Part shown: one piece after another, positions 1 to 9,953 of the stretch
Layout of the letters: each line of letters opens with the position of its first letter
Position numbering within the stretch: the first letter of the stretch is position 1
From: a virus
Lineage: Duplodnaviria; Caudoviricetes
Direction: 5' to 3' (one strand)
IMG/VR virus record: IMGVR_UViG_3300048041_000040
Coordinates: 1-52,221 of that record
Length of the DNA stretch: 52,221 nt
The notes under the pieces: model-generated
What the model was told of the DNA's origin: nothing
Databases searched by the model: none
What the model saw: only the letters and a program-made list of their open reading frames with translations
Position numbers and translations under genes: made by a program

Positions 1-722
1 TCGAAAACCCGTCATTTGCGCATAATGAAAAACTGAACAAGGAGATTGCCGAGGAACTGGCGAAGGCCAGCGCGGGTCCGGACGCCGAAAGAGTGAACGC
101 GATCGTACAGGCGCTTAGGGGCGGGGCGGCTACCGCCGCCGTGCGAACCGACCACGGAGAGGCATTTGTCCGGGAACTGCGGGGGAAGAACCCGGCAACG
201 AACCGGTTCTCCGATCTGGAAAAGCAGAACAGCTTGCCTCCGAACCTGCTGGAGAGCGTCGAAAAGCAGGAATCGAATAGTGGGAAAAACAAGAACGACA
301 GTTCCGTAGGGGCGCAGGGTCCGTTCCAGTTCATGCCGGCTACGTGGAGCCAGTACGGGCGCGGTGGCGACGTACACGACGAATCCCGCGCGGCTGAAGC
401 GGCGGCAAAACTGTACGCCTACCTGTTAAAGAAGTACAAGGGGGATGTGGCTAAGTCTCTCGCGGCCTACAACTGGGGCGAGGGGAACGTCGATAATTAT
501 GGCCTGAAAAACGCGCCAAGGGAAACCCGCGAATACGTAGCTAAGATAATGGCCGACATGCAACGGCGGAACGGAGCCGATCAACCCGCACAGGTTACGT
601 CAGTCGCGCAGGCCGCGCCGAGCGTAGGGCGTGCCGCGCCGCCGCAAAACGTCAACATCAGCGTGACGGTTCCGGCCGGCGCGGATGTGCACCAAACGAT
701 TAACGGGATGGCGCCGGGATGA
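1..722 (+). CDS. 3' part of tape measure protein with lytic transglycosylase (SLT) domain (complete copy at 47761-49722)
   Basis: SLT motifs QES, GAQGPFQFMPAT, AAYNWGEG, ETREYV; identical to C-terminus of ORF 47761-49722. Confidence 0.9.
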   Translation, partial: ENPSFAHNEKLNKEIAEELAKASAGPDAERVNAIVQALRGGAATAAVRTDHGEAFVRELRGKNPATNRFSDLEKQNSLPPNLLESVEKQESNSGKNKNDSSVGAQGPFQFMPATWSQYGRGGDVHDESRAAEAAAKLYAYLLKKYKGDVAKSLAAYNWGEGNVDNYGLKNAPRETREYVAKIMADMQRRNGADQPAQVTSVAQAAPSVGRAAPPQNVNISVTVPAGADVHQTINGMAPG

Positions 723-1477
723 GCTTCGGGCGCACAGCTTTTCAGGTCGGGTTTGAAGTATCCCCGATCCTGCTCGTACAAGGCCTTGCCGCGAGCATGC
801 CGGGCAATATGTTGCCGATCCTCGCGATTACGCAGGCGGCGAGTTTCGTCAATGGCCTGTTGTCCGGGGCCGTCAGTCTGAACCCGGACACCTATTTCGC
901 TCGGTTTCAGCCGATGGCGGGCGGGACATTGATCTCAAACCAGATCGGACAGTACCCGTTCGCTAACCAGACCGTCGCGGCCAACGCGATCATTTCCCAG
1001 CCCTTGAATATCAGCGTGGAAATGATTTGCCCGGCACGTCAAGCCGGCGACATGATCGTGCGCCTGGCGACCTTGAGTGCGCTCAAGCTGGCGCTGGATA
1101 ACCACATCGCGCAAGGCGGATACTTCACATATGCCACGCCCGCGTTCATCTACACGAATTTAATCTTGATCGGGCTTCGCGACATTACGCCGGGCGACAG
1201 CAAACAAAAACAGACCGTGTGGCAGTGGGACTTCCAGCGCCCGCTTATCACTCAAGATACCGCCGCGACCGCTACGAACTCGCTCATGTCAAAGCTGAAC
1301 AGTTTTCTACCGCCGGGCACGCCGGCCGGTATCACGCCATCGTGGAGTGGGATACAATCGGCGGTAGGCAGTTCGGTGTCCAACGCGCTCGGCGCGGTCG
1401 TGCCGTCCGCAAGCAATTTGGTCGGTTCGGTCACCGGCTTGAGCAACACTCCCGCAGATTTCGCTGAAGGCCCGTAA
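719..1477 (+). CDS. Conserved tail/baseplate protein following tape measure (tube initiator/hub-like)
   Basis: 252 aa, ATGA overlap with the TMP stop; position typical of Bcep781-like myophages. Confidence 0.7.
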   Translation: MSFGRTAFQVGFEVSPILLVQGLAASMPGNMLPILAITQAASFVNGLLSGAVSLNPDTYFARFQPMAGGTLISNQIGQYPFANQTVAANAIISQPLNISVEMICPARQAGDMIVRLATLSALKLALDNHIAQGGYFTYATPAFIYTNLILIGLRDITPGDSKQKQTVWQWDFQRPLITQDTAATATNSLMSKLNSFLPPGTPAGITPSWSGIQSAVGSSVSNALGAVVPSASNLVGSVTGLSNTPADFAEGP

Positions 1478-1478
1478 A

Positions 1479-3593
1479 ATGAAAAAACTTGCATACCTGC
1501 TCGCTCTGGGGTCCGGCCTGGCCTTCGCCGCCGGTTCGACGGTCGACCCGACGATCCCCTCCGCGAGTTCGCCGCTAGAGTCCGCGCCGGTTCGGGGGAA
1601 CTTCGCCGCCGCCGCCAATGATATCAACGCGCTGATACAGATCAACGCCGGCACGACTGCCCCGGCGACACCGTTGCTTGGCCAGCAGTGGCTAAACACT
1701 ACATCGACCCCCTACGTGTGGAACGTGTTCGACGGCGCCGTGTGGGACACGATCGGATCGTTGAACGCGAGCACGAATACATTTCAAGCCGGGTCGGTGC
1801 CGTGGTCCGGCGTCACGGGCACGCCGACGACGCTTTCCGGGTACGGGATTACGAACGGGGTATCCAGCGTCGGTGTGACAATGCCGTCCGCGTTTTCGTG
1901 TACCGGCAGCCCGGTCACGTCGAGCGGCACGGTCGCCTGTGCGTTCGCGGCGCAATCGCAAGCATACTTCCTGGCCTCGCCGGCCGGCTCTACGGGCGCC
2001 CCGTTGATGCGTCAAATTGTCGCCACGGATGTGCCGACGCTGAACCAGTCCACGACGGGTAACGCGGCCACTGTGACCACGAATGCGAACTTGACCGGGG
2101 ACGTTACGAGCGTCGGGAACGCGACAACGCTCACGCCAACGGGCGTGACGGCGGGGACGTACGCGCAGATGACCGTCGACGCAAACGGGCGGGCTACGGC
2201 GGGCGTCACGATAAATACGGTGCCGTTCGGCGGTACCGGCGTGGCGAGCATATCCGGGATCGTGAAAGGCGCCGGCACAGGCCCCTTTGTGACCGCGACG
2301 CCGGGAACGGACTATATCGCTCCCGGCGGCGCCTTCGGCACGCCTTCATCCTTGACTTGCACAAACTGCAGCGGAACGGCAGCGGGGTTAAGCATCGGCG
2401 GCACAGTCAACGGCAACACGCTAACCGCCGGCAGCAGTACGTACACTGGAACTGCCGGAAAGACCTACACCTTCCCGGCTACGACCGACACCGTTGCCGG
2501 GATCGGAACCGCACAAACTTGGACGGCCGCACAAACTTTTACGAATTCGGATTTAAAGCTACTTGGCTCTTCTACGGGCGTAACCACATTCACCAGCGCG
2601 AACTCTGGTGCAAGCAACTACACTGTGACCGTGCCGGCCGGAAGCATTACGGTTGCACGAACCGATGCGGCACAGACATTTACCGGCGAGCAGACATTTA
2701 ATGGCCCGTCAGGTTCTCCGGCCATGTTGGTACAAGGCGCAGGTACTGCTGGTTCGAATTATGGATTGAGAGTTCAGGCTGGTCTGAACGCGTCAGATTA
2801 TTCATTCTATGTGGTTGATAATACAAGTACCTATGGATTATTCGAAGTTCTGGGAACTGGCGCTGTAAAAGTAAATAGCGGAGCACAATCACCGACCACT
2901 GCTTTGATAGTGACAGGTGCTACAACCATTTCTACCACATTAGGTGTTTCAGGTGTAGCATCATTCTCGGGAGCATTAACTGCAGGTTCATCAGCAAATA
3001 CTTCAATTGGATATTCAGGATTTGCTAATCCAACTGCTGGCACTTCAGCAGGTACTTCTATCGCATTGAATGGATACCAAGCATCGGCAAATAATTACGG
3101 TATTGGTATTAGCGCCGCAGCGTTGAACGCATCAGGCAAATACGATATATGGTATCAGACAGGATCCACGAATGGCGGTGGACACGCATTCTTTAGTGGT
3201 ACTACTCAGACTGGCTATTTGAGTCTGTCAGGTGCTTTGTCGGTACTGGCTTCAGTGAGTTCTGCTTCGAACATTACTATAGCCGGTGGGAGAGCTGTCA
3301 ATACTACTTCATCGGCATCCACTGCTACCGTGGCGGCTGGTATTGCCTCAACTTATATTGCCACACCGGGCACCACCATAACCGTGACGCTTGCGGCACC
3401 AACCGCAGACGGCGAGCGCCGCAGGATAGTATTTGGTGCCGCGACAACCGTCACATGGGCGGTCACTTCACCGGCCACTGCTGTCGCTGGATTGCCGACC
3501 GTGTATGCGGCGAACACCCACGTTGAAGTTGTTTATAACGCAGTCGCTGGAACACCTACCAACTCGGCTGCGACGACCTGGTACCAGTATTGA
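1479..3593 (+). CDS. Tail-fibre/adhesin-like protein with N-terminal signal-peptide-like sequence
   Basis: 704 aa, G/T/S/A-rich; fibre-type motifs (TAPATPLLGQQWLNT, GTPTTLSGYGIT, TVDANGRATAG, AQTFTG); N-terminus MKKLAYLLALGSGLAFAA. Confidence 0.75.
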   Translation: MKKLAYLLALGSGLAFAAGSTVDPTIPSASSPLESAPVRGNFAAAANDINALIQINAGTTAPATPLLGQQWLNTTSTPYVWNVFDGAVWDTIGSLNASTNTFQAGSVPWSGVTGTPTTLSGYGITNGVSSVGVTMPSAFSCTGSPVTSSGTVACAFAAQSQAYFLASPAGSTGAPLMRQIVATDVPTLNQSTTGNAATVTTNANLTGDVTSVGNATTLTPTGVTAGTYAQMTVDANGRATAGVTINTVPFGGTGVASISGIVKGAGTGPFVTATPGTDYIAPGGAFGTPSSLTCTNCSGTAAGLSIGGTVNGNTLTAGSSTYTGTAGKTYTFPATTDTVAGIGTAQTWTAAQTFTNSDLKLLGSSTGVTTFTSANSGASNYTVTVPAGSITVARTDAAQTFTGEQTFNGPSGSPAMLVQGAGTAGSNYGLRVQAGLNASDYSFYVVDNTSTYGLFEVLGTGAVKVNSGAQSPTTALIVTGATTISTTLGVSGVASFSGALTAGSSANTSIGYSGFANPTAGTSAGTSIALNGYQASANNYGIGISAAALNASGKYDIWYQTGSTNGGGHAFFSGTTQTGYLSLSGALSVLASVSSASNITIAGGRAVNTTSSASTATVAAGIASTYIATPGTTITVTLAAPTADGERRRIVFGAATTVTWAVTSPATAVAGLPTVYAANTHVEVVYNAVAGTPTNSAATTWYQY

Positions 3594-3616
3594 CTATCAA
3601 CCCATAGGGACACAAA

Positions 3617-5446
3617 ATGCCATCCATTCCGGGAATAACAGATTTTGCAGCACTCGCAGCGGGGAGGCAACCGCTGTCAATTCTCGATTCATCCTATGCA
3701 GCAGTATCGTCATCCTTGACGGCAACCTCACTTTCTGTTGGCGATGCGCCCTTCGGGGCGAAGGGCGACGGAACGACGGACGATACTGCCGCTATTCAAG
3801 CAGCCGTCAACTACGCCGTGGCCAACAGTATGAGACTGACATTTGGTGGTCCTGGTTTGATTTACAGAATCACTTCGCCGATCACGATCCCGTTTACAAA
3901 TCAGAACTTCGCATTGGATTTAGACGGCCAAGGCGCTGCGATTTATCCGGTTGGTATCGCTGGCTCAGTATTCAAGGCATCGAATCAAAGTATTAATTAT
4001 CAGTCGATTGGCAGGATCCACGATTTCGTTGTATATTCAGCAAACACGAATTCAGCCGTCCAAACTACACTACAGGCCTATTCCTTTGTTGAATTGTTCG
4101 GTGGTGGATTTACTTGCTGGAAAGTGGATAGAATCAAGTCACAAGGCGTGGTATGTATTGGCACTGTGGTGTGGTTTAGTGGCCTTGGATATAATACTTC
4201 ACCGGCTTTTGAATCTGGATTTGCTGATGGATGTACTGTCGCTGATATCAATTTTGAATACGCATCACAGACGGCGTATTGTGTAGCGGTCACACAAGAC
4301 CCAGGGTCATTGTCCGGATATGGTGAATTGCCACACTTCACTATGACCAACTGCTTGAACGCCACAAACCCTGGCGCCGTTGATTTCGGCTCGTGGCCTT
4401 CGACAACCTACGGCGCTGTCGGCAATCAAGGATGTTTGTGGCTGAACGGCGTGCTTCTATCCGACTCCCACATCGGTCCATTCTTGATCAGCAACCCGAC
4501 GGTCATCAATGGCGCTAACGGCGCAGTGATGCGCAATGGTACGATTGAAACCACTTACGCTGAATACTCCCGCTCGAATGATCTGTACGGTACGGCTTTC
4601 TCCGTGCCGACATCGATTGCAAACGTGCTCCTGCATAACGTGACACTGAAAAGCCCGCGCGTGTACTACGACAATTCGGTATGGACTGGCCGCGCGTATA
4701 TATTTGCTGGACAGGCGATCAATTGTAAGTTCGTCACTCCTGTCATCACGAAGGTAAGCGGCGCCATCGCGGCGACCGACTTTTTCCTGGACTTCACTTC
4801 CGGCTCAGTCATGAACTGGATCGACACTTTCGATCTGACGCAAGTAGTGTCGGGCGTGACCACCACCGCGATCTACCCGGTGCCGTCTCAGTTATGTAAT
4901 TTTGTCGTGAATTCAGACATCTACTCGAACGAGTTCAACAATTTTAGAACGGCTTCGAATATTCCATTTTCGGAACCTCAGAACTCGGCCTTTACGGCAA
5001 CAGGGTCCTATCTTTTGGCTACAATTCCAGCATTCAGCATCAACACGAACAGCACCGTCAATGTGAGCGCGACGTTCATCACGTCGGGCAACAGTACGGG
5101 GTCTACGATCAGCTTGAGTAATTTGATCGAGGGCGCCGGCGGCAACTCAGGCAGCGCGGTTCTGACGTCTTCAGACAACATCGCTACCTTGAACTTTTCC
5201 TTGTCGTTCACGGGCGGCGTTGATAAGGTAATGCACGCGGCAAATACGTGCTCTTACGCATTCAGCGGCAACGCCATCATCAAGGGCGCAAACCCCGTTG
5301 TGAACAGCCCTGGGTCACTTTACACTCTTACCACTTTCGCCACTGACTCGATTTTAATCTACTTGAACGTGACGTCACTCGCCGACGCCAGCGTGACGTT
5401 TGTGAGCGGACAGATTGAAATCTTGGATTACCCATTCATCAATTAA
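3617..5446 (+). CDS. Tailspike / pectate-lyase-3-like beta-helix depolymerase
   Basis: Motif FGAKGDGTTDDTAAIQAA followed by a beta-rich body; 609 aa. Confidence 0.75.
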   Translation: MPSIPGITDFAALAAGRQPLSILDSSYAAVSSSLTATSLSVGDAPFGAKGDGTTDDTAAIQAAVNYAVANSMRLTFGGPGLIYRITSPITIPFTNQNFALDLDGQGAAIYPVGIAGSVFKASNQSINYQSIGRIHDFVVYSANTNSAVQTTLQAYSFVELFGGGFTCWKVDRIKSQGVVCIGTVVWFSGLGYNTSPAFESGFADGCTVADINFEYASQTAYCVAVTQDPGSLSGYGELPHFTMTNCLNATNPGAVDFGSWPSTTYGAVGNQGCLWLNGVLLSDSHIGPFLISNPTVINGANGAVMRNGTIETTYAEYSRSNDLYGTAFSVPTSIANVLLHNVTLKSPRVYYDNSVWTGRAYIFAGQAINCKFVTPVITKVSGAIAATDFFLDFTSGSVMNWIDTFDLTQVVSGVTTTAIYPVPSQLCNFVVNSDIYSNEFNNFRTASNIPFSEPQNSAFTATGSYLLATIPAFSINTNSTVNVSATFITSGNSTGSTISLSNLIEGAGGNSGSAVLTSSDNIATLNFSLSFTGGVDKVMHAANTCSYAFSGNAIIKGANPVVNSPGSLYTLTTFATDSILIYLNVTSLADASVTFVSGQIEILDYPFIN

Positions 5447-5457
5447 TCTAGGCTGAT

Positions 5458-5832
5458 ATGTTGCAACAACCGAGCTGGGACGACGGGTCAACCTCATGGG
5501 ACGAGGCGGACGTCTACTGGGACACGTCGCGCCCCACTCTAACGCCCCTGCCGGTCAACCCGAATACGGTGTACGTGGCGTTCCTCCCGTCCGCAACCTC
5601 GAATTTCACTTTTCAGGCCACGCTCGACGGCACGAACTATATCGTCATCGTCAATTGGAATTGGTTCGGCGAGCGGTATTACATCAACATCTACGACACG
5701 TCGCAAACGCTAATTCTCAGCACGGGGCTTGTCGCGTCGCCCGACTTTTACAACATCAATTTAACCGGGCCGTTGTTTGCCACGCAAATGGTGTACCGCG
5801 CGGCGTCGGGGAATTTCGAGATTATCGGATGA
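5458..5832 (+). CDS. Small baseplate (plug-like) protein
   Basis: FTFQATLDGTNY..VNWNWFGERYYINIYD pattern typical of small baseplate proteins; acidic/Trp N-terminal extension. Confidence 0.65.
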   Translation: MLQQPSWDDGSTSWDEADVYWDTSRPTLTPLPVNPNTVYVAFLPSATSNFTFQATLDGTNYIVIVNWNWFGERYYINIYDTSQTLILSTGLVASPDFYNINLTGPLFATQMVYRAASGNFEIIG

Positions 5833-6812
5833 GGAGCTATGATCTCAAGATCACCGACCCGGTATCTGGCGCGCTCATCCGGGAGTACACATCCCTGAAC
5901 GCTGACGGGAGTACGAACCTGGGCGCGTTGAACGTGGAAATCGATTGCCCTGTGTTCACCGCCGATCTGCCGATGGGCAACGCCACGATCAAGGTATGGG
6001 GCATTTCTGTACAGGATATTTCGCAAGCGTTGGACCTCGGCCCGCATTTCGACGCAAAGGGCAATTGGGTGCCGGGCAAGAATCTACAACTGTTCGCCGG
6101 CATGGCAAAAGGCTTGCCGCTGGCGAACCCAAAGCAGTACGGATTGATCCTGCAGGGCCAGATAAGTTCTTGCTTCGGCAACTGGCAAGATACCACGCAG
6201 ACACTTGATTTCGTCGTGACTACCGCGCCGGGGAGTCAAGCGCAGCCGGTGAATATCACGCACCAATGGCCTGCCGGTCAGAACCTCGGCGACATGGTAA
6301 AAGGCGCGCTTGCCGTGGCGTACCCGAATTTTAAATGCAGCGTGGAGACCAGCCCAAACCTTATTCGCGGTCAAGCCGAGCCGGGGTTTTACGAGAATAT
6401 CGATCAATTCGCGAATTACGTACGCGAGGCGTCTCAGCATATCATTCAGACGCCAGGCTACCTAGGCGTCCGAATCGTGGCGCTGAATAACGAATTTATC
6501 GTCAGCGATGCCACGCAAGCCGCGCCGACCGCGACGACAATCGCGTTTACCGACCTGATCGGACAACCGACCTGGCTCGACATATCTACGATCAGCTTCA
6601 AAACGGTCCTGCGGGCCGATCTGAAGCCGCTTGACTACATCGTGCTGCCTCAGACGCAAGTGACGACCTCGGCGCAAAGTTACGCGCAGTACCGGCAAAG
6701 CCCGACGTTTAAGGGGCAGTTCCAGGTCAAGAACGTGCGCCACGTCGGAAATTTCCGGCAGGCTTCCGGCGAGTCCTGGGTGACGGTTTTCGAGGCGTAC
6801 GTAGCCCTATGA
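5829..6812 (+). CDS. Baseplate hub protein
   Basis: Likely start ATG 5829 (ATGA overlap) within ORF 5496-6812; C-terminal VRHVGNFRQ..W.T motif; precedes the spike gene. Confidence 0.75.
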   Translation: MRSYDLKITDPVSGALIREYTSLNADGSTNLGALNVEIDCPVFTADLPMGNATIKVWGISVQDISQALDLGPHFDAKGNWVPGKNLQLFAGMAKGLPLANPKQYGLILQGQISSCFGNWQDTTQTLDFVVTTAPGSQAQPVNITHQWPAGQNLGDMVKGALAVAYPNFKCSVETSPNLIRGQAEPGFYENIDQFANYVREASQHIIQTPGYLGVRIVALNNEFIVSDATQAAPTATTIAFTDLIGQPTWLDISTISFKTVLRADLKPLDYIVLPQTQVTTSAQSYAQYRQSPTFKGQFQVKNVRHVGNFRQASGESWVTVFEAYVAL

Positions 6813-7429
6813 GCAACGCGCAAAAACTCCCGCTGGCGCGAACGCTCAACCGGTGGGCATCGCAGCAAATAAACGATGCTTTCCAGCGCGCGGGGCAGGC
6901 GCTCCCGTGCTCGGTCGTATCCGTGCGGGGCGCGATCGTCACAGTGGCGTTCCAGGTCAACAGCAAATTCACCCTGCCCAACGTGACCATCCCACTCGTC
7001 GGCGCGCAGTACATCCGCTACCCGATCCAGCCAGGCGATAAGGGCGTGGTATTTCCGGCCGACGCGCGCCTGAGCGGGGTGTCCGGGATCGGCGGCGGCG
7101 TGGCGGACCTGTCGCAGCCAGCGAATCTTACCGCGCTGGTATTCCTGCCGTGCGGGAACGTCAACTGGGTTTCGGTAGACCCCGGAGCCGTGGTAATCTA
7201 CGGGCCGAACGGCACGGTTTTGCGGGATACGGGGAACGCCTCGAACATCACGCTTACGCCGTCGGGCATTGTGATGACTACGCCGCAGCTCACGATCAAC
7301 GGCCCAGTAACGATCAACGGCCCGGTAACGGTGAACGACGAAGTGACGGCGAACGGGATACCGTTATCGGAGCATATTCACGGCGGCGTTATGGCGGGCG
7401 GGGGAAATACCGCGCCGCCGAGTCCATAG
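6809..7429 (+). CDS. Baseplate central spike (gpV/gp45-like)
   Basis: OB-fold-like N-terminus, beta repeats TINGPVTINGPVTV, C-terminal iron-binding HxH (EHIHGG). Confidence 0.85.
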   Translation: MSNAQKLPLARTLNRWASQQINDAFQRAGQALPCSVVSVRGAIVTVAFQVNSKFTLPNVTIPLVGAQYIRYPIQPGDKGVVFPADARLSGVSGIGGGVADLSQPANLTALVFLPCGNVNWVSVDPGAVVIYGPNGTVLRDTGNASNITLTPSGIVMTTPQLTINGPVTINGPVTVNDEVTANGIPLSEHIHGGVMAGGGNTAPPSP

Positions 7430-7437
7430 AGGGCAAC

Positions 7438-7785
7438 ATGCGAACCTGGGGCAGAATTTACAACGAGTACGGTGTGCCGACGTGGGTCGAAGTCACGACC
7501 GACGCGAACGGGTACAATGATGCTGTGTGGCTGACTACGCTCATTCAATGCCTGAAATTGAATATCGGCGAGTCGCCGTTTTACGCCAACTACGGTATCG
7601 CGGCGCGGCAATCCGTGGTCACGCAGGTATTCCCCGACTATTATGTCAATCAGACACAGACGCAATTCGCTCAGTATTTCGCGAGTCTGCTGATTTCAAA
7701 AGTGCCGGGAACGCCCACGCCGACATATAATGTCAATGTCGTGACTCACCAAGGCGCAACGATTTCTTTACAGATCGCAACCTGA
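7438..7785 (+). CDS. Baseplate wedge / sheath initiator-like protein
   Basis: Start MRTWGR at 7438; LKLNIGESPFYANYGI motif; lies between spike and baseplate J. Confidence 0.7.
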   Translation: MRTWGRIYNEYGVPTWVEVTTDANGYNDAVWLTTLIQCLKLNIGESPFYANYGIAARQSVVTQVFPDYYVNQTQTQFAQYFASLLISKVPGTPTPTYNVNVVTHQGATISLQIAT

Positions 7786-7787
7786 CC

Positions 7788-9206
7788 ATGAGCCTAAACC
7801 CGCTTCCGATCGTTCTAACCTCCGCCGGCTTGCAACCGACCAGCCCCGGCGCGATCCTGGCCGAGCTGATCGCCCTTGTCAGCGCTACGAACCCCGGCTA
7901 CACAGCGAATTTGCCCGGCTCCCTGGTCGACGATGTGGCCGGCACCGACGTGGCCGCCGTATCTCTCTGCAACCAGGCGATGGTCGAACTCGTCAATTCG
8001 ATGACGCCCTACGGCGCCAACCAATTTGTCCTGAACCAGCTTGGCGCGATATACGGCGTGACGCAAGGCTTGCCGACGAATACCAGCGTCTATGTCACCT
8101 TCGCCGGGGACGCGGGTTTCGTCGTACCCGCCGGGTTCGTGGTCTCGGACGGCTCGCATCAGTATGTCGTCCAGGACGGCGGAACGGTCGGGGCGAACGG
8201 TTTCACGGTGCCGCTGTACGCGGTGGCAAATGCGACGGGTTCTTGGGCGGTCCCGTCAAACTCGGTTACGCAGCTCATCACATCCGTGCCCGTAGAGTAT
8301 CCGCTGACCTGTACGAACACATCGGCCGGGTTACCCAGCACGGGATCGGAAACGCTTGATAGCTATCAGGCCCGCGTGATCCAGGCCGGGCTTGCCACGG
8401 CGCAGGGGATGCCGACATTTTTGCGCACACTCTTGTCCGAAGTGACGGGCGTGCAGCCCCGCTTAATCTCGATCCTGCAACAGGTGGGCGGCGGCTGGGA
8501 AATCATCTGCGGCGGCGGCGACCCGTATCAGGTCGGATTCGCGATCTACTCCGCGTTATTTGATATCAGCACCCTGGTCGGATCACAACTCGCGGTATCG
8601 GGTATCACCAACGCCAACCCTGGGGTCGTGACCACGAATCTTGCGCACGGCCTCACGACCGGCGCTGTGCTGGAGCTGGTCGGTGTCGTCGGGATGACGG
8701 CACTAAACGGCGTTTCGTTCACTGCAACCGTGTTGACGCCGACGACCTTTTCCATCGGGATCAACACAACCGGCTACGGCGCGTATGCCGGTGGCGGTGC
8801 GCTGACGCCGAACCCGCGAAACGTGACGGTGTCGATCAACAGCTTCCCCGACACCTATACCATCCCGTTCGTAAATCCGCCACAGCAAACTGTGACTATG
8901 ACGGTTGACTGGCAATCGATCAGCCCGAACTATGTAGACCCGTCCACAATTTCCGCACTGGTGCAGCCCTCCGTCGTCGCCTACGTCAATTCGGTCGTGG
9001 TCGGCCAGCCCTTGAACCTCCTGCAGCTAAAAGATGCCTTCACGTCGGTGCTGCCATCGGCGATCCCGGAATCAAGCATCAACGTGCTGACATTCGCTGT
9101 CTACATCAATGGCGTGCTGACCGCGCCAACGGGAAATCTGATCTACGGCGACCCGGAGAGCTATTTCTTCAGCACAAATACCGGCATCACGGTAACGAAC
9201 ACGTAA
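7788..9206 (+). CDS. Baseplate J/gp47-like wedge protein with FCCH-like insertion
   Basis: LNQLGAIYGV, G.ETLDSYQARV motifs; insert VSGITNANPGVVTT..HGLTTG. Confidence 0.85.
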   Translation: MSLNPLPIVLTSAGLQPTSPGAILAELIALVSATNPGYTANLPGSLVDDVAGTDVAAVSLCNQAMVELVNSMTPYGANQFVLNQLGAIYGVTQGLPTNTSVYVTFAGDAGFVVPAGFVVSDGSHQYVVQDGGTVGANGFTVPLYAVANATGSWAVPSNSVTQLITSVPVEYPLTCTNTSAGLPSTGSETLDSYQARVIQAGLATAQGMPTFLRTLLSEVTGVQPRLISILQQVGGGWEIICGGGDPYQVGFAIYSALFDISTLVGSQLAVSGITNANPGVVTTNLAHGLTTGAVLELVGVVGMTALNGVSFTATVLTPTTFSIGINTTGYGAYAGGGALTPNPRNVTVSINSFPDTYTIPFVNPPQQTVTMTVDWQSISPNYVDPSTISALVQPSVVAYVNSVVVGQPLNLLQLKDAFTSVLPSAIPESSINVLTFAVYINGVLTAPTGNLIYGDPESYFFSTNTGITVTNT

Positions 9207-9940
9207 TGCTGACGGCCACGATCCCGAGCTATGTTTACTATGAGTACAGCGACGACTCGGACTTGCGGGCGTTCGCGCGGGCGTACAACACGCTGACGCA
9301 ACAGTACGTGACGTGGTTCGCCACGATCGGCTTGCCGGTCTACACGGGGTTGACTGGGCCGCTGCTCGATTGGATTGCGAATAGCCTTTACGGGTATTAC
9401 CGGCCGACACTGGGCGGCGACGGCACGCTGTCTACCGTCACCTGGGTCAACAACAACGGCGACCCGGTTACCTGGGTCAACGACAGCGGCGGCACGGTCA
9501 CCTGGACCACAGACAACAGTTACCGGCCGACGCTGGGCGGTGAACTCGCTACCGACGACGTATTTCAGCGTTGCCTCACTTGGGAATTTTTCAAAGGCGA
9601 CGGCACGCAATTTACGATCGCATGGCTCAAGCGCCGAGTGCAACGCTGGTTGGCCGGCCCGAACGGGATCGACCCCGGCGTCAGTCAAACGTATCAGGTC
9701 AGCGTCACTTTCGGGCCTCCGAACATCGTCTACATCAACATCCTGGGCGGTATCGCCGTTGCGTCGGGTGGCGCCGTATTCAATGAATTCTCTTTTAACC
9801 TAAAGCAATTTGATGAATTCGACGTAACCACGTATCATTATGTCGATACGACCCTTGCGCCGAAACTGAAAGAGGCGATTGACTCGGGCGTGGTGTCCCT
9901 GCCGTTTCAGTACACCTACGTGGTCGGCATAAATCCGTAA
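9206..9940 (+). CDS. Baseplate wedge protein (P2 gpI-like position)
   Basis: TAATG coupling; LLDWIANSLYG..RP and DDVFQRCLTW..KGDG motifs. Confidence 0.75.
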   Translation: MLTATIPSYVYYEYSDDSDLRAFARAYNTLTQQYVTWFATIGLPVYTGLTGPLLDWIANSLYGYYRPTLGGDGTLSTVTWVNNNGDPVTWVNDSGGTVTWTTDNSYRPTLGGELATDDVFQRCLTWEFFKGDGTQFTIAWLKRRVQRWLAGPNGIDPGVSQTYQVSVTFGPPNIVYINILGGIAVASGGAVFNEFSFNLKQFDEFDVTTYHYVDTTLAPKLKEAIDSGVVSLPFQYTYVVGINP

Positions 9941-9953
9941 CGCTGGAGTATAA

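Larger units (their letters stand above)
1..3221. repeat. Terminal direct repeat, copy 1 (repeated at 49001-52221; genome unit length 49,000 bp)
   Basis: Sequence and ORF set recur at an offset of +49000; one difference seen (T3165 vs G52165). Confidence 0.97.
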
